From a virus (taxonomy: Duplodnaviria; Caudoviricetes), in IMG/VR virus record IMGVR_UViG_3300022895_000242, positions 1-53,342 of that record: 53,342 nt of DNA, one strand, 5' to 3'. Below, piece after piece: positions 36,978 to 46,835 of the stretch. The notes under the pieces were generated by a model. That model saw only the letters and a list, made by a program, of their open reading frames with translations. It was not told where the DNA came from and did no database searches. The stretch's first letter is position 1, and each line of letters opens with the position of its first letter. Both the position numbers and the translations under genes were made by a program.

Positions 36978-37409
36978 CTACCCATTAATTGTTTGTATCT
37001 TTTTTAGGTCTTTACGTGCCTTTCTAGCCTTTTTAAGATCATCATGAGTTATCCAACCACCATCAATCTTTGAATACGTTAGAAGCTTCAATTCGTGCGG
37101 ATAACGGTATTCAAATAACTTCTTCCTCAATTCAAATTGCTGTGTAACCATTCCTTTAATATCAACCACCTCAGTGTGACCATCTGCATAATGAACTGTG
37201 AAATCAGCGTTATAACCAATCTCGCGATATTTCTTGCCGTTCTTTTCGAACTTAGGCAGTAATACGAATCTTGGTTGTAATTCAAAGGAGGTCACAATAC
37301 CTTGCGATTGAAGATGTTTCAAGTGATCATAATATTTTGCTTCCATCGCTGAATCGAATGAAATTCCATCACGTACAACTTTTTTATTGCCGTATTTCGC
37401 TTTACTCAT
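36978..37409 (-). CDS. DUF1064 family PD-(D/E)XK-type nuclease
   Basis: KYGNKKV..DG..FDS..EA, LQPRF.L, Y.ADF, DIKG. Confidence 0.9.
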   Translation of the reverse strand: MSKAKYGNKKVVRDGISFDSAMEAKYYDHLKHLQSQGIVTSFELQPRFVLLPKFEKNGKKYREIGYNADFTVHYADGHTEVVDIKGMVTQQFELRKKLFEYRYPHELKLLTYSKIDGGWITHDDLKKARKARKDLKKIQTING

Positions 37410-37486
37410 TTTTACCTCCTGTTAGCACTCTTAGAAGTCTGCTGATAAAACAACCTAATGCCGTTCTACCAGCAGCGTGTATTGAC

Positions 37487-37885
37487 TTACTTAACTCGTT
37501 TGAAACTATCTATTTCAAAAGTATCGATAAATGAGTCTGTGTGACATTCTTTATTACTGTATAAATCAAATGTTCGAGTCCCATAATCTACATCATCAGC
37601 GAATCCAACAACCTCACCGTCAGTAACGATTTGTCCATCCTTAATGTCATTTTCTAAACGATATTGTTGTTGAATGATTGCTTGAATCACCTGAGTACGC
37701 CAAGCTGAATTTTTGTCTTTGTAAAGCTTTCGTATTTCATTTAGATTTTCGCCAAAGAAATCTGATGCCTTTCCATCACTAACTAATACTCTAATCAATA
37801 TACTTGCGTCTGAATGTCTTTCTAATAACCCTTTAGCCCATTCAACAATCGGACGTTGATCTTCTAAAATTAACGGTACCTCCAC
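37487..37885 (-). CDS. Hypothetical protein
   Basis: 132 aa, GGAGG RBS, GTG start. Confidence 0.65.
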   Translation of the reverse strand: MEVPLILEDQRPIVEWAKGLLERHSDASILIRVLVSDGKASDFFGENLNEIRKLYKDKNSAWRTQVIQAIIQQQYRLENDIKDGQIVTDGEVVGFADDVDYGTRTFDLYSNKECHTDSFIDTFEIDSFKRVK

Positions 37886-37889
37886 TTTG

Positions 37890-38141
37890 TTATTCCTCCC
37901 TGTTTTCGTACTTACTACAAGCTTTCCAATTCACTCTTTGGTCTGTAGCAGCACCAATTGTATTTTGTCGTAGACCACATTTGTAATAGGTCCCTGCATA
38001 TCTTCTAGCAAAAATATGTTTACAATGCTTACACCGTTTACCTTCTGGTCCATAACCGTATACATTCACCATTGGGTTAGGATTCAGTTTACTTTCATCG
38101 ATTGGAACACCTAAATCCAGTTCGATTTGTTCCATAAACAC
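37890..38141 (-). CDS. Cys-rich hypothetical protein
   Basis: CKHCKH...YYKC...W.AC. Confidence 0.7.
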   Translation of the reverse strand: MFMEQIELDLGVPIDESKLNPNPMVNVYGYGPEGKRCKHCKHIFARRYAGTYYKCGLRQNTIGAATDQRVNWKACSKYENREE

Positions 38142-38147
38142 ACCTCG

Positions 38148-38327
38148 CTAATCCTCAAGCTTAATGAGCTGTAGTCTATTATTGACCTCGCTTTTAGCAC
38201 GTCTTTGATAGACACCCGACATGTAAAATCGAATTGTTGCAGGCTTAACACCACGTTCCTCAGCAATTTCTTTTATCGTTCCCATGGCTACTACCTGCTC
38301 GCCTTTGTAAAGTGCATATTCTTTCAT
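38148..38327 (-). CDS. Small HTH-like phage protein
   Basis: KEYALYKGE....GTIKEIA...GVK..TI.FY motif. Confidence 0.78.
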   Translation of the reverse strand: MKEYALYKGEQVVAMGTIKEIAEERGVKPATIRFYMSGVYQRRAKSEVNNRLQLIKLED

Positions 38328-38335
38328 GTAGCACC

Positions 38336-38974
38336 TCAATAGCCATTTTCTTGTCGTTCATGGTTAATCTTATTCTTTTTAAAATAAGCAGCCTCTACCT
38401 CATCCCATGTGAAGCCTAACATCTTACCTAACAAATAAAATTCCTCAAAAAGTTCTTTCCAAGATTCAGTGTTTTCCCGATGATCCACTTCAAGGATTCT
38501 CGCTGTGATTTCTAAGAATTGATGTGTAATATCTGACTCGTCAGTTGTAATATCATCCCAATCCAATTCTTCTTCTACTCCAATTTCAAGACCTATCGTC
38601 AAAATAAAATGCATGCAGTCGACGTACTCTTCTAACAATGGATTTTTATCTACTACCAAGTAGCCTGCACAATCTGGACAGTAATACCAATGGTTCCCCA
38701 ATCCATGCCTACCTCTAACCTCGTCTACTGGTGGATTTCCTCTGTAATACCCTTTCTTTTCGCAACTTGGACAGTGAATTCTATCCCATGTTCTTGGCTT
38801 TTGATTTTTACTCCACTTCTTAAACCCACGCCATTCATTAGCACACTCAGCTAATTCAACTTGTAGTGCAAGTAACTTCCAGTCTAGATTGTTCTGCCCT
38901 CGTAGCTCTGGATGTTCCTGCATGATGTGCTCGTCCAACTTTGCCTGTGTTTCAAATAGTTTTGTTAAGTTCAT
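38336..38974 (-). CDS. dut: Dimeric dUTPase (dUTPase_2) with Zn-ribbon insertion
   Basis: ALQVELAECANEWRGFKKWS, LEEYVD.MHF, KNKINHERQENGY. Confidence 0.92.
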   Translation of the reverse strand: MNLTKLFETQAKLDEHIMQEHPELRGQNNLDWKLLALQVELAECANEWRGFKKWSKNQKPRTWDRIHCPSCEKKGYYRGNPPVDEVRGRHGLGNHWYYCPDCAGYLVVDKNPLLEEYVDCMHFILTIGLEIGVEEELDWDDITTDESDITHQFLEITARILEVDHRENTESWKELFEEFYLLGKMLGFTWDEVEAAYFKKNKINHERQENGY

Positions 38975-39133
38975 TTCTTGCTTTCCTCCTTCATTCGTTT
39001 TTTATTGCACCAGTAGCAAAAGTTAGGTCCTTCATGTGCCATGCTAGGTCTATATAACGTTTTCACTAATTTCCCGCACTTTGGACATTCCTGTTTCGAA
39101 TACTCCACTCTTCCTCACATCCTTCCTGTTCTA

Positions 39134-39640
39134 TTAATCAAAAGGGAGGTCATCTTCTGAAACCTCAATTGGCCCCTTACTATTAGCAAACGGATCTTTA
39201 TCAACCCTCGAATAATTTGGTTGATTATTACCGTAATTCTGCCCTTGTGGAGCGTTTTGAGTTGCTCCATGATAATTTGTACTAGATTCGTAGTTTGAAG
39301 TGCTCTGTGAGCCTCCTGTGCCGTTTTTAGTATCAAGAAACTGTACACTGTCAGCTACAACATTCGTAAAATAGATTCTTTGCCCGTCTCTCTCATACGA
39401 ACCAGATTGTAGCTTTCCGTCAATCCCGACCAGCGACCCTTTCTTGAGATAGTTAGCCGCATTCTCTGCAGCCTTACGCCAAACTTGGATATTGATAAAA
39501 TCTGCCTCTCTCTCACCACTTTGATTGGCGAATGCTCTGTTTACTGCTAATGTAAATTGAGCCTTTGCAACCCCTTGAGGCGTATATGAGAGGTCAACGT
39601 CTTTTGTTAATCGTCCAGTAAGACAAACTCGGTTGATCAT
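39134..39640 (-). CDS. ssb: Single-stranded DNA-binding protein
   Basis: MINRV.L.GRLTKD, EADFI, C-terminal DDLPF. Confidence 0.96.
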   Translation of the reverse strand: MINRVCLTGRLTKDVDLSYTPQGVAKAQFTLAVNRAFANQSGEREADFINIQVWRKAAENAANYLKKGSLVGIDGKLQSGSYERDGQRIYFTNVVADSVQFLDTKNGTGGSQSTSNYESSTNYHGATQNAPQGQNYGNNQPNYSRVDKDPFANSKGPIEVSEDDLPFD

Positions 39641-39915
39641 GTTGTTGCCTCCTCAATGAACTTTGATAAGTCTTGTTTCATCACATCGAAAGCGTTCGTG
39701 TGTCCAACAACTTGAAAGGCTGGCTCACCATCTAACATTTCGCTCATGGAACTTTTGTAATACTGACACTTTTTAATACCTTTACCTTCCCTTAGTTCAA
39801 GACCGTTTACGTATCTACCTGAAACACCTAAGTAAATGAAATACTTGATTGATGGATGGCCTGCATAACGATTGTGTATGATGTCGCCTTTATGAAACTT
39901 AATCTCTCTACTCAC
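39637..39915 (-). CDS. Hypothetical protein
   Basis: 92 aa coupled ORF. Confidence 0.65.
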   Translation of the reverse strand: MSREIKFHKGDIIHNRYAGHPSIKYFIYLGVSGRYVNGLELREGKGIKKCQYYKSSMSEMLDGEPAFQVVGHTNAFDVMKQDLSKFIEEATT

Positions 39916-40100
39916 GCAGCCTTCGCCCCTTCCAGTTTTTCAATCACATAATCCATAGCCTCATCCTGTGTATCAAACCCTTTGAGTTTTCGTAGGTCCT
40001 CTAGATTATGGTAAAACCCCATAGCATTTTCGTTATACTGATATTTCTTGTAGAGTCCTACATGTAGCACCATTTGATCGATTAGGTATTGTTCATCCAT
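39912..40100 (-). CDS. Hypothetical protein
   Basis: Coupled small ORF; start at MDEQY. Confidence 0.6.
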   Translation of the reverse strand: MDEQYLIDQMVLHVGLYKKYQYNENAMGFYHNLEDLRKLKGFDTQDEAMDYVIEKLEGAKAA

Positions 40101-40416
40101 GAGCTTCACCACCTAATGCTCGACTTGCATCTGTAACGATTTCCAACAAAGGTCTAGCATCATTGGTAGTAGCCCAATAATCTATAAATTCTTTTACTAC
40201 TTCACGTAATCGCTCAACCTCCTCAACTAGTGCTGGCACATCGTCGCGAGCGTGAGTTATAAATTCAGCATCAATGTGCGATAGTGTTACTGTGCCTAAA
40301 TAATTTAAAGCACCTTTATTCCAAATACCTCGATCTTCTTCGTCATACTCCCATGGTCCCGGTGTAGCCTTCGTCACACGTTCTTTAATGGCATTCAACT
40401 GTTTTTGATTCATCAC
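40093..40416 (-). CDS. Ead/Ea22-like phage protein
   Basis: KATPGPW...DAEFITHARDDVPALVEEVERLR. Confidence 0.75.
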   Translation of the reverse strand: MMNQKQLNAIKERVTKATPGPWEYDEEDRGIWNKGALNYLGTVTLSHIDAEFITHARDDVPALVEEVERLREVVKEFIDYWATTNDARPLLEIVTDASRALGGEAHG

Positions 40417-40760
40417 TCATTCACCCCTTTAACACCTAATTCAAACCACTTTGCTACTGCAAGCATTCCATTCAAGAAGTCTTTCTCAAATTGAATATCT
40501 GATTGTGAGTATTTATCATAAAAGTAATTAAATTTTTCTTCTGGTGTTTCCTTAACTTCATAGTTACCTAATAGTAGATTCATCAAGCCTTCGCCTTCAT
40601 CATTGTTTCCGTAATGCCAAACTCTTAAAGTTTTGATACTCTCTCTGTTTAAATCATAATCAGCAGTACAAATGTTAAAAACTTCTGTTAAAGTCCATGT
40701 TTTTAGTACGGATTCTCTTGCCTCTTTAACTTCACGACTAACCTTCAATTCCTCACCCAC
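40413..40760 (-). CDS. Hypothetical protein
   Basis: 115 aa coupled ORF; YEVKETPEE. Confidence 0.65.
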   Translation of the reverse strand: MGEELKVSREVKEARESVLKTWTLTEVFNICTADYDLNRESIKTLRVWHYGNNDEGEGLMNLLLGNYEVKETPEEKFNYFYDKYSQSDIQFEKDFLNGMLAVAKWFELGVKGVNE

Positions 40761-40966
40761 TCAACATCCCTCGCTTTGATTTGATTTTCCGAATACGTCA
40801 ACACACGCTTAGGCATGCCGTACATTTTGCCGACTTCATCCCTTGTCATGTCGTGTTCCAATCGGCAATGTAATTTTGTGATGATACTTCCGATATGGTT
40901 GCAACCAGGTACAGGACATTTAAGCAGCTCGCTACTTGGCGCGTACCAGTTAAATTTCTCAGCCAT
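40745..40966 (-). CDS. C2H2-type Zn-finger small protein
   Basis: CPVPGC...H...H...YG. Confidence 0.65.
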   Translation of the reverse strand: MAEKFNWYAPSSELLKCPVPGCNHIGSIITKLHCRLEHDMTRDEVGKMYGMPKRVLTYSENQIKARDVEWVRN

Positions 40967-41528
40967 TGGCTACACCTTCCTTCACTTGCACCGAATCCCA
41001 ATCGAACGACATCAGGATATTGATTAATCGTTCTACTTTCGGTGCTCGCAAAGCTGTCATGGCGTAAGTGTGTACTTTACTTGTGTAGTGATAATTGTTT
41101 AATTCAATATGGCGTTTAGCTTCTTCTTTGGTTAAAAACATTGTGTTAGGCACAATAAACGATTCTTCTTTTACTGGCACTTCGTCAAAGAAACCATCTT
41201 CGTTTAAATGGTCATTAACAAACTCCCATAAATCCTCAAAGCTTGTACCATCGTTGTTTAACAATTCTTCTAATTCATCTGTTTCATCATCATCTAAAAA
41301 ATAATCACTTAAAAAATTCTTTAATTCTTCAACATTTTTAAATTCTGTATGATCACCATCATTATGGAAATACATAGTACGGTCATAATCGTAATCCTCG
41401 TGTGTTGGAACTGTTCGATAGTCCATAATCACCCAGAAACGTGGTGATGCTTGGCAGTCATAATCATTTTCATCTTCCCATTGCATTGTTTGTTGTAGAT
41501 CCTTCAAAAACTGAATATCTTTGTTCAT
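40959..41528 (-). CDS. Acidic phage hypothetical protein
   Basis: QASPRFWVI...FLTKEEAKRHIELNNYHY...YAMTA. Confidence 0.75.
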   Translation of the reverse strand: MNKDIQFLKDLQQTMQWEDENDYDCQASPRFWVIMDYRTVPTHEDYDYDRTMYFHNDGDHTEFKNVEELKNFLSDYFLDDDETDELEELLNNDGTSFEDLWEFVNDHLNEDGFFDEVPVKEESFIVPNTMFLTKEEAKRHIELNNYHYTSKVHTYAMTALRAPKVERLINILMSFDWDSVQVKEGVANG

Positions 41529-41563
41529 CCATTCACCCTCCAATCAAGGGGCTGTGCGCCCCT

Positions 41564-42385
41564 CTAAAATCCGATATTTTTAATACGCTTGTCCGATGTT
41601 TCTGTAAAAAGAATTGTTTCTAAATTTTTCATCATGCGGCTAATTAACTTTGGATCATACATATTCATTAGCGCTTTACTTGATAGATTCGTAGTAACAA
41701 TTGTTGACTTGTCCTGCCGTCCATTAACAACAGCTCTTAATACTTTGCTAGTGAAATCTGTTGCTTGTTTGTTTGTATCAATATTTCCTGTTTCTGCTCC
41801 TAAATCGTCCAGCACCAAGTAATCAACATTCGTTAGTAGATCAATGAAATACTGTTCAGTAAATGGAGATTCTTTGTCGTTAAAACTAGATCTTATCTTT
41901 CTTAACATTTCATCGATGTCGATATATAAACACGAAACATGTAAGCTATTAAGTACTTTTAAAATACTCATAGACAAATGACTTTTTCCTACACCTGGTT
42001 TGCCGTTAAACCATAGATTGAATTGGTGTCCTTGTTGGTATCGTTCGACAAAACGCAATGCTTGTTGTTTATTTACCTGTTCCTCATTTGACTGTGCAAT
42101 ATAACTATCAAATGTGGCATCTAATAATGTTTTGTCCTGTATCAAACTTTTATTTGCGAGTGTATTAAACTTAACCTTAGCTTGTTGTTGCTGTATTTCA
42201 GCTTTAAATTCAACTTCGAATGCAGCATTTTCTTTCTCACAAAAGCATCTAGGACAAGATTCTTCGCCATTCAGAATCAACATTCGTATATCATGTTTTT
42301 CGCATTTATTAGAAGCCCACATTAACCCCGAATTCACTTTCTGTAGTACGTTGTCCTTTTGTAGTGCCGTGCTGATTGCCTGCAA
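41564..42385 (-). CDS. DnaC/IstB-like helicase loader ATPase
   Basis: GKPGVGKSHL, LVLDDLGAE, TTNL; N-terminal Zn site. Confidence 0.92.
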   Translation of the reverse strand: MQAISTALQKDNVLQKVNSGLMWASNKCEKHDIRMLILNGEESCPRCFCEKENAAFEVEFKAEIQQQQAKVKFNTLANKSLIQDKTLLDATFDSYIAQSNEEQVNKQQALRFVERYQQGHQFNLWFNGKPGVGKSHLSMSILKVLNSLHVSCLYIDIDEMLRKIRSSFNDKESPFTEQYFIDLLTNVDYLVLDDLGAETGNIDTNKQATDFTSKVLRAVVNGRQDKSTIVTTNLSSKALMNMYDPKLISRMMKNLETILFTETSDKRIKNIGF

Positions 42386-43187
42386 GTTGCTGCGCCTCCT
42401 TTTTAGCTAATAGTTCGATAGATGTTACGCCTTCATGTTTCCAGTTGCGTAGTGTGCCTAAAGCATACTTTTCTTTAGCTTTTACACGTCCATCAGCTAG
42501 TGATCTATTAAATGCTTCGATAATTAAATCAGCATCGTTGTAAGTTTCTAAGTAGAAATTAATATCCTCTCTTAGCTGTTCACTAGGAAATCTATTCAAT
42601 CTTGTTGTAAAGAAATTGTTTAACTTTTGAACATCGTTCGACTGACCGACTGTTTGTTGTATGTCTTTATCTATATCTAGTTCTAAGTCTTTATCTAAGT
42701 CTAAGTCTGTCTCTGTATCGTCACTTAACGTCATGCGTGACGTCACGCTAACATCACTTTTAGTATTTTCAGGTTCTTTAGGTGCTGCTAAAGCTTGTTG
42801 TTTCTTACGTTCACGGTACTCCCTGTTACGTTTAGCGTTAAGTTGTTTCACCCTATCCATGCCCTCAATGTTTTGGTGAACATCCCAATTTTTAATACGG
42901 ATTGAGTCGCCCTCATCCATCTCAATCATGCCGTAGCGTCGAAATGTTTCGATAGCTAACCGTACTGTATTCAATGGTCTATTGAAGATTGTTGCCATTT
43001 CTTCAATATTCATTGCAATATTCTCAGTCAGCATGATGTAGCCATTACAATTTGCCTTACCAGCTGCGGCTAATAATTTCACCCAAATAACGATGATTGC
43101 ATCTTTATCCGGCAACGCTTCAATTAGTTTAATTTTGTCGTTATCGAACATATCTGTTTTGAGCTTAATCCAAGTGATTTCAGCCAT
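42309..43187 (-). CDS. Replisome organiser / replication initiator
   Basis: WIKLKTDMFD..KIKLIE N domain, DnaD-like C domain; internal short repeats about 42660-42760 are the probable origin. Confidence 0.92.
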   Translation of the reverse strand: MAEITWIKLKTDMFDNDKIKLIEALPDKDAIIVIWVKLLAAAGKANCNGYIMLTENIAMNIEEMATIFNRPLNTVRLAIETFRRYGMIEMDEGDSIRIKNWDVHQNIEGMDRVKQLNAKRNREYRERKKQQALAAPKEPENTKSDVSVTSRMTLSDDTETDLDLDKDLELDIDKDIQQTVGQSNDVQKLNNFFTTRLNRFPSEQLREDINFYLETYNDADLIIEAFNRSLADGRVKAKEKYALGTLRNWKHEGVTSIELLAKKEAQQLAGNQHGTTKGQRTTESEFGVNVGF

Positions 43188-43203
43188 TTGCCCTGACCCC
43201 TCC

Positions 43204-43683
43204 TTAACTCACACCCAATAACTCCGAGATATCCTCTTTTGTAATGTCGAACCATTCACCATTTAAGCATTTATCCTTGAAATGCTCATGTAAATGATGT
43301 TCTACCGATTCTGGTTCACTAGTTTCGATATAAAACAGTAAATTCAATTTAAACGGTGATGCTATTTGCAACTGTTTTATTCTGCTAGTTAGATTTCTTG
43401 TAAAACCTATCTTCACTCCCTGACCTTCGTATTCGAGAAAATAAACAAACCCAGGTTTCTTTTTAGGTTCACCCTTATGATCTATTAGATGTTGCATTTC
43501 ACGCATTCTTTCGAATTGAGCCTGTTTATTTCTACGATCAATTTCATCATCTGAATGATGAGTGAAGTATGCATCCATAGTATTTTTAAGTTGATCCCAC
43601 TCATTTCTAGTAATAACCCTGCCACCGTTGTCAGTAAGAAGAGAGAAATTTTCGTACAAAACGGTGTGATATGCCTTATTCAT
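43204..43683 (-). CDS. GIY-YIG / T5orf172-domain protein
   Basis: GFVYFL...VKIGFT...RIKQLQ...E..LH..F.....GEWF. Confidence 0.88.
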   Translation of the reverse strand: MNKAYHTVLYENFSLLTDNGGRVITRNEWDQLKNTMDAYFTHHSDDEIDRRNKQAQFERMREMQHLIDHKGEPKKKPGFVYFLEYEGQGVKIGFTRNLTSRIKQLQIASPFKLNLLFYIETSEPESVEHHLHEHFKDKCLNGEWFDITKEDISELLGVS

Positions 43684-43750
43684 GATCACCCTCCATATTC
43701 GCAATATTCAAACTTTTATTCACGGACTTATTCACAGAATCCACGTTTGG

Positions 43751-44101
43751 TCATTGTTCTTCTGTCCAATACGCCAAACCTTTAGTAACCAATGTTTCGC
43801 ATAGCTCTTTGAATTGGGTTTCAATCTCTGGGTTTCTAAATCCGATACGACGGAACGAATCTCCCATTTCCCAATATTCCGGCCCACGCGTTAAAAATTG
43901 CACCAAAATTAAATCGCAATGTTCGTCTCCTTTATAAACCTCTAAATTAGTGGAGAAACGGAATGTATGCGGAATTCTCATAATTAAAGTTTCTGTCGAT
44001 TGGAAAAACCCTTTGTCCCTAATGAATGTAGCACCGTTAACACTTAATCCCTTTAAATCTAATAACGACGGTTCTTCCTTGAATCTCAAAATTTTGACCA
44101 T
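43751..44101 (-). CDS. Hypothetical protein
   Basis: 116 aa, AGGAGG RBS. Confidence 0.7.
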   Translation of the reverse strand: MVKILRFKEEPSLLDLKGLSVNGATFIRDKGFFQSTETLIMRIPHTFRFSTNLEVYKGDEHCDLILVQFLTRGPEYWEMGDSFRRIGFRNPEIETQFKELCETLVTKGLAYWTEEQ

Positions 44102-44128
44102 TTCAAAAAACCTCCTACGGAATAAAAA

Positions 44129-44428
44129 TTATCTTGCCTGTTGCTTATCCATTAGATAATACAAGCCATCTCTCGGGTCCCACACCATGCCAGATAACTT
44201 CAATTGGTTATAGGAACGTTTGAAAATATAGTCAATGTTCTCACCAACCTTCAATGTCCCATCAGCTTCAAGATGCTTGTTTGGTATCCATACATTTTGG
44301 TTTGTACCATTCAATGTGAATCTTTTTGCTTTAGCATGTTTATAAGCTCTTTGAATAACTTGCAATGGAATGCCTTTGTAATATTGAACTTTTAAATTTA
44401 ATTTTTGATCTTGTCTGTATCGATTCAC
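44129..44428 (-). CDS. Hypothetical protein
   Basis: GTG start after AGGAGG; AKRFTLNGTNQNVWIPNKHL. Confidence 0.7.
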   Translation of the reverse strand: MNRYRQDQKLNLKVQYYKGIPLQVIQRAYKHAKAKRFTLNGTNQNVWIPNKHLEADGTLKVGENIDYIFKRSYNQLKLSGMVWDPRDGLYYLMDKQQAR

Positions 44429-44438
44429 TGTTGCCCTC

Positions 44439-44615
44439 CTATAAAAGTCGTTGCTCCCTCTCACAAACCGCAAAGCTACCACTAACCTTGAGCACCCTAT
44501 AATTTGGGTAACGTTTCATGTAATCCAGCACAAATCGCCTGATTTCATCGTTATCCTTGGCCTGTTCAAATATCCATGCAGGCAAAAGGACTTTGTGTGG
44601 TACGTTACTGTTCAA
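44439..44615 (-). CDS. 58 aa hypothetical protein (not in the ORF track)
   Basis: MNSNVPHKVLLPAWIFEQA...YMKRYPNYRVLKV; fills the gap after recT. Confidence 0.6.
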   Translation of the reverse strand: MNSNVPHKVLLPAWIFEQAKDNDEIRRFVLDYMKRYPNYRVLKVSGSFAVCEREQRLL

Positions 44616-45411
44616 TGATCAATTCCTCTTGTGCTGATTCTTCCTCAACAACTGAGTATTCTGTGACATCAATAACATCGCTCATATCCTCTGAAACTTC
44701 GGTTTTAATCGTTTCATCAGCCTCTACAACCTTCTGCAACTCGATTGACTTAGGAGCATATTTCAATACTTCTTTGAGTACAGTTTTCTTAGCCATTGCG
44801 TCGTAGTTGGTTTTCCATGGACTTGTCCAACCTTTTTTAACAGCCTGAGAAAATTCATGAGCATGTTTATCGATACGTTCTCTTGTCCAGTAAACAAAAT
44901 CGTAGCCACCGTTTTTCAAATGGTACACAGCATAGTAGCCGATTGGTTCACCCTCTGGATTCGTTGAAGGAACATGTACTAAATCTTTGTGTAAGCCGTA
45001 TGCAAATGAAAATTCATCTTCCTTATATACTTCATGAGCATAGATAGCTTTGTACTGACCACTACGTACAGCGAGATCGATTAGACCTTTATAACCTAAC
45101 TGGAACTGTACCTGTTTGCCATAAGGGATTAGATATGCTTGTCCTAATCCTGTATTTGGTTCGACTCCTAGTTGAGCTGATTGCATAAGTGCTGCTACAA
45201 AACTCATTTGGTCACATTCCAGTAGCTTTGGTGTAGCGCGAACTGCTGTTAAGGCGATTCGAGCAATACGATCAGCATCCATGTGTTTAGGTAATGCTCG
45301 CTGAATTTGAGGACCCATACGTTTTAATAAGTTGTTTAACGATTGTTCTGGAGTAACACTTTGTTGCACTTGACCTTGTGATTTAGCTTTTAATTCATTT
45401 GTTGTAGCCAT
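44605..45411 (-). CDS. recT: RecT single-strand annealing recombinase
   Basis: ALPKHMDADR, QLGVEPNTGLGQAYLIPY, QLGYKGLIDLA.RSG, MAKKTV. Confidence 0.95.
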   Translation of the reverse strand: MATTNELKAKSQGQVQQSVTPEQSLNNLLKRMGPQIQRALPKHMDADRIARIALTAVRATPKLLECDQMSFVAALMQSAQLGVEPNTGLGQAYLIPYGKQVQFQLGYKGLIDLAVRSGQYKAIYAHEVYKEDEFSFAYGLHKDLVHVPSTNPEGEPIGYYAVYHLKNGGYDFVYWTRERIDKHAHEFSQAVKKGWTSPWKTNYDAMAKKTVLKEVLKYAPKSIELQKVVEADETIKTEVSEDMSDVIDVTEYSVVEEESAQEELIIEQ

Positions 45412-45413
45412 AA

Positions 45414-45593
45414 TTATTTTCCTCCTTTCTCAGTAGTAATTTCTATTTGAGTTTCGGATTCAAAATTTTGATAATCTGTAAGTTCACCTTTTTTAAAACG
45501 CAATCTTGCATCTCTTGCATCAAACGCAGTTACAATAGCAGTTGCAGTAGTAAGCACCGTTTCTTTAATAACAAATTGTTTTAATCGAGTCAT
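45414..45593 (-). CDS. 59 aa hypothetical protein (not in the ORF track)
   Basis: MTRLKQFVIKETV...EKGGK between yqaJ and recT. Confidence 0.55.
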   Translation of the reverse strand: MTRLKQFVIKETVLTTATAIVTAFDARDARLRFKKGELTDYQNFESETQIEITTEKGGK

Positions 45594-45595
45594 TA

Positions 45596-46537
45596 TTAAT
45601 TTGCCTCCAATTTTTTATAGTTGAATCGTCTGGATAAAGATGGCTTCGTGTATTTTTCGTAAATATCAGGTGCTTCTTTCTTCAAACGTTTACTATCTAT
45701 GCGGTTAGATTCAATCGTTTTAAACGTCACTTTATGGCGCGGTGAGTGCCCTTCTACAGCGTTTTCAAGCTTGAGCTTTAACTGATTCTCGTACTCTTGC
45801 TTTTGCTGCTCTAACGCTTTAATTTCGCTTGAAATGGAATCAATAGCATCCAACAGTACATCATCATCTTTTGTGAGCATGATGGCCGTACCATCATCTT
45901 GTGGGTACATTTTTTTGATTAAGTCATTAGTTGCATCTGAACCATCAATAGGTGGAGCAACATTCTTCAAAACATGATTTTCCCAAAAGTCTTTCTCTCG
46001 TTCGATAAGGATTTGAATAAACTCCTCGTCACGTTCGATTTCTTTCCAGACGAATTTATTACCTCCTAATAAAACGGCTATATATGCCTTCTCAAATCCT
46101 GTTACCGCAAGATAATGATGTACTTGGCATAAATAACTAGCTGGTATTTCTTCACCTTCCCATTCACCTTTCAAGTACTCATTAGCCGTTTTACATTCAA
46201 GTACAGCTCGCTCACCAACAACTACGCGATCAAGATTAGCAAGCATGAAATCATGTTCAGGATGGACCAACATTTTATTCATGCGACGCACTTTTTTACC
46301 TGTGCGCTCTGCAAATTCTTCTGCAACTAAATTCTCAAACTTATTACCGAAATATATTGCTTCATTTTCTACTTTTTCATGGAACTGACCTGTTTTTTCT
46401 AAAAACAACTGATAAGCACTTTTATATTGATTAAATCCCATAATTGCGCCAACATCTGACCCACCAATACCAGCGCGACGAGCGTCTAACCACTCGTCAC
46501 GACTCATATCAGTAGTCGTAATTTTTGCTAAAACCAT
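45596..46537 (-). CDS. YqaJ-like viral exonuclease
   Basis: WL..RR.GIGGSD, ANLDR, LECKT, YLCQVHHY. Confidence 0.94.
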   Translation of the reverse strand: MVLAKITTTDMSRDEWLDARRAGIGGSDVGAIMGFNQYKSAYQLFLEKTGQFHEKVENEAIYFGNKFENLVAEEFAERTGKKVRRMNKMLVHPEHDFMLANLDRVVVGERAVLECKTANEYLKGEWEGEEIPASYLCQVHHYLAVTGFEKAYIAVLLGGNKFVWKEIERDEEFIQILIEREKDFWENHVLKNVAPPIDGSDATNDLIKKMYPQDDGTAIMLTKDDDVLLDAIDSISSEIKALEQQKQEYENQLKLKLENAVEGHSPRHKVTFKTIESNRIDSKRLKKEAPDIYEKYTKPSLSRRFNYKKLEAN

Positions 46538-46604
46538 GCAAATTACTTCCTTTCGTGATATGATGGTAAAAATGATTTGTTAAGCCACTATTCCGAGTAG
46601 TGGT

Positions 46605-46835
46605 TTATTTTTTTGTGTAAAATTTGGCATTATAGTTATCCTCTAAATACGTATGGATGTTATCCAAATGAACGATATCTCCGTTTTGAAACTCCATATA
46701 ATCATCATTGAAAACTATTAAACTACCGTAGATATCACGAAAGTCCGTCTCTATATACCGAAATGTAGGTACACTATTTACAGCCTCAATTGTTACCAAA
46801 ACCATTGGATTCTCAACTTCGATAAGTTGTCTCAC
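46605..46835 (-). CDS. Hypothetical protein (YqaI-like)
   Basis: VENPMV motif; precedes yqaJ. Confidence 0.65.
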   Translation of the reverse strand: MRQLIEVENPMVLVTIEAVNSVPTFRYIETDFRDIYGSLIVFNDDYMEFQNGDIVHLDNIHTYLEDNYNAKFYTKK

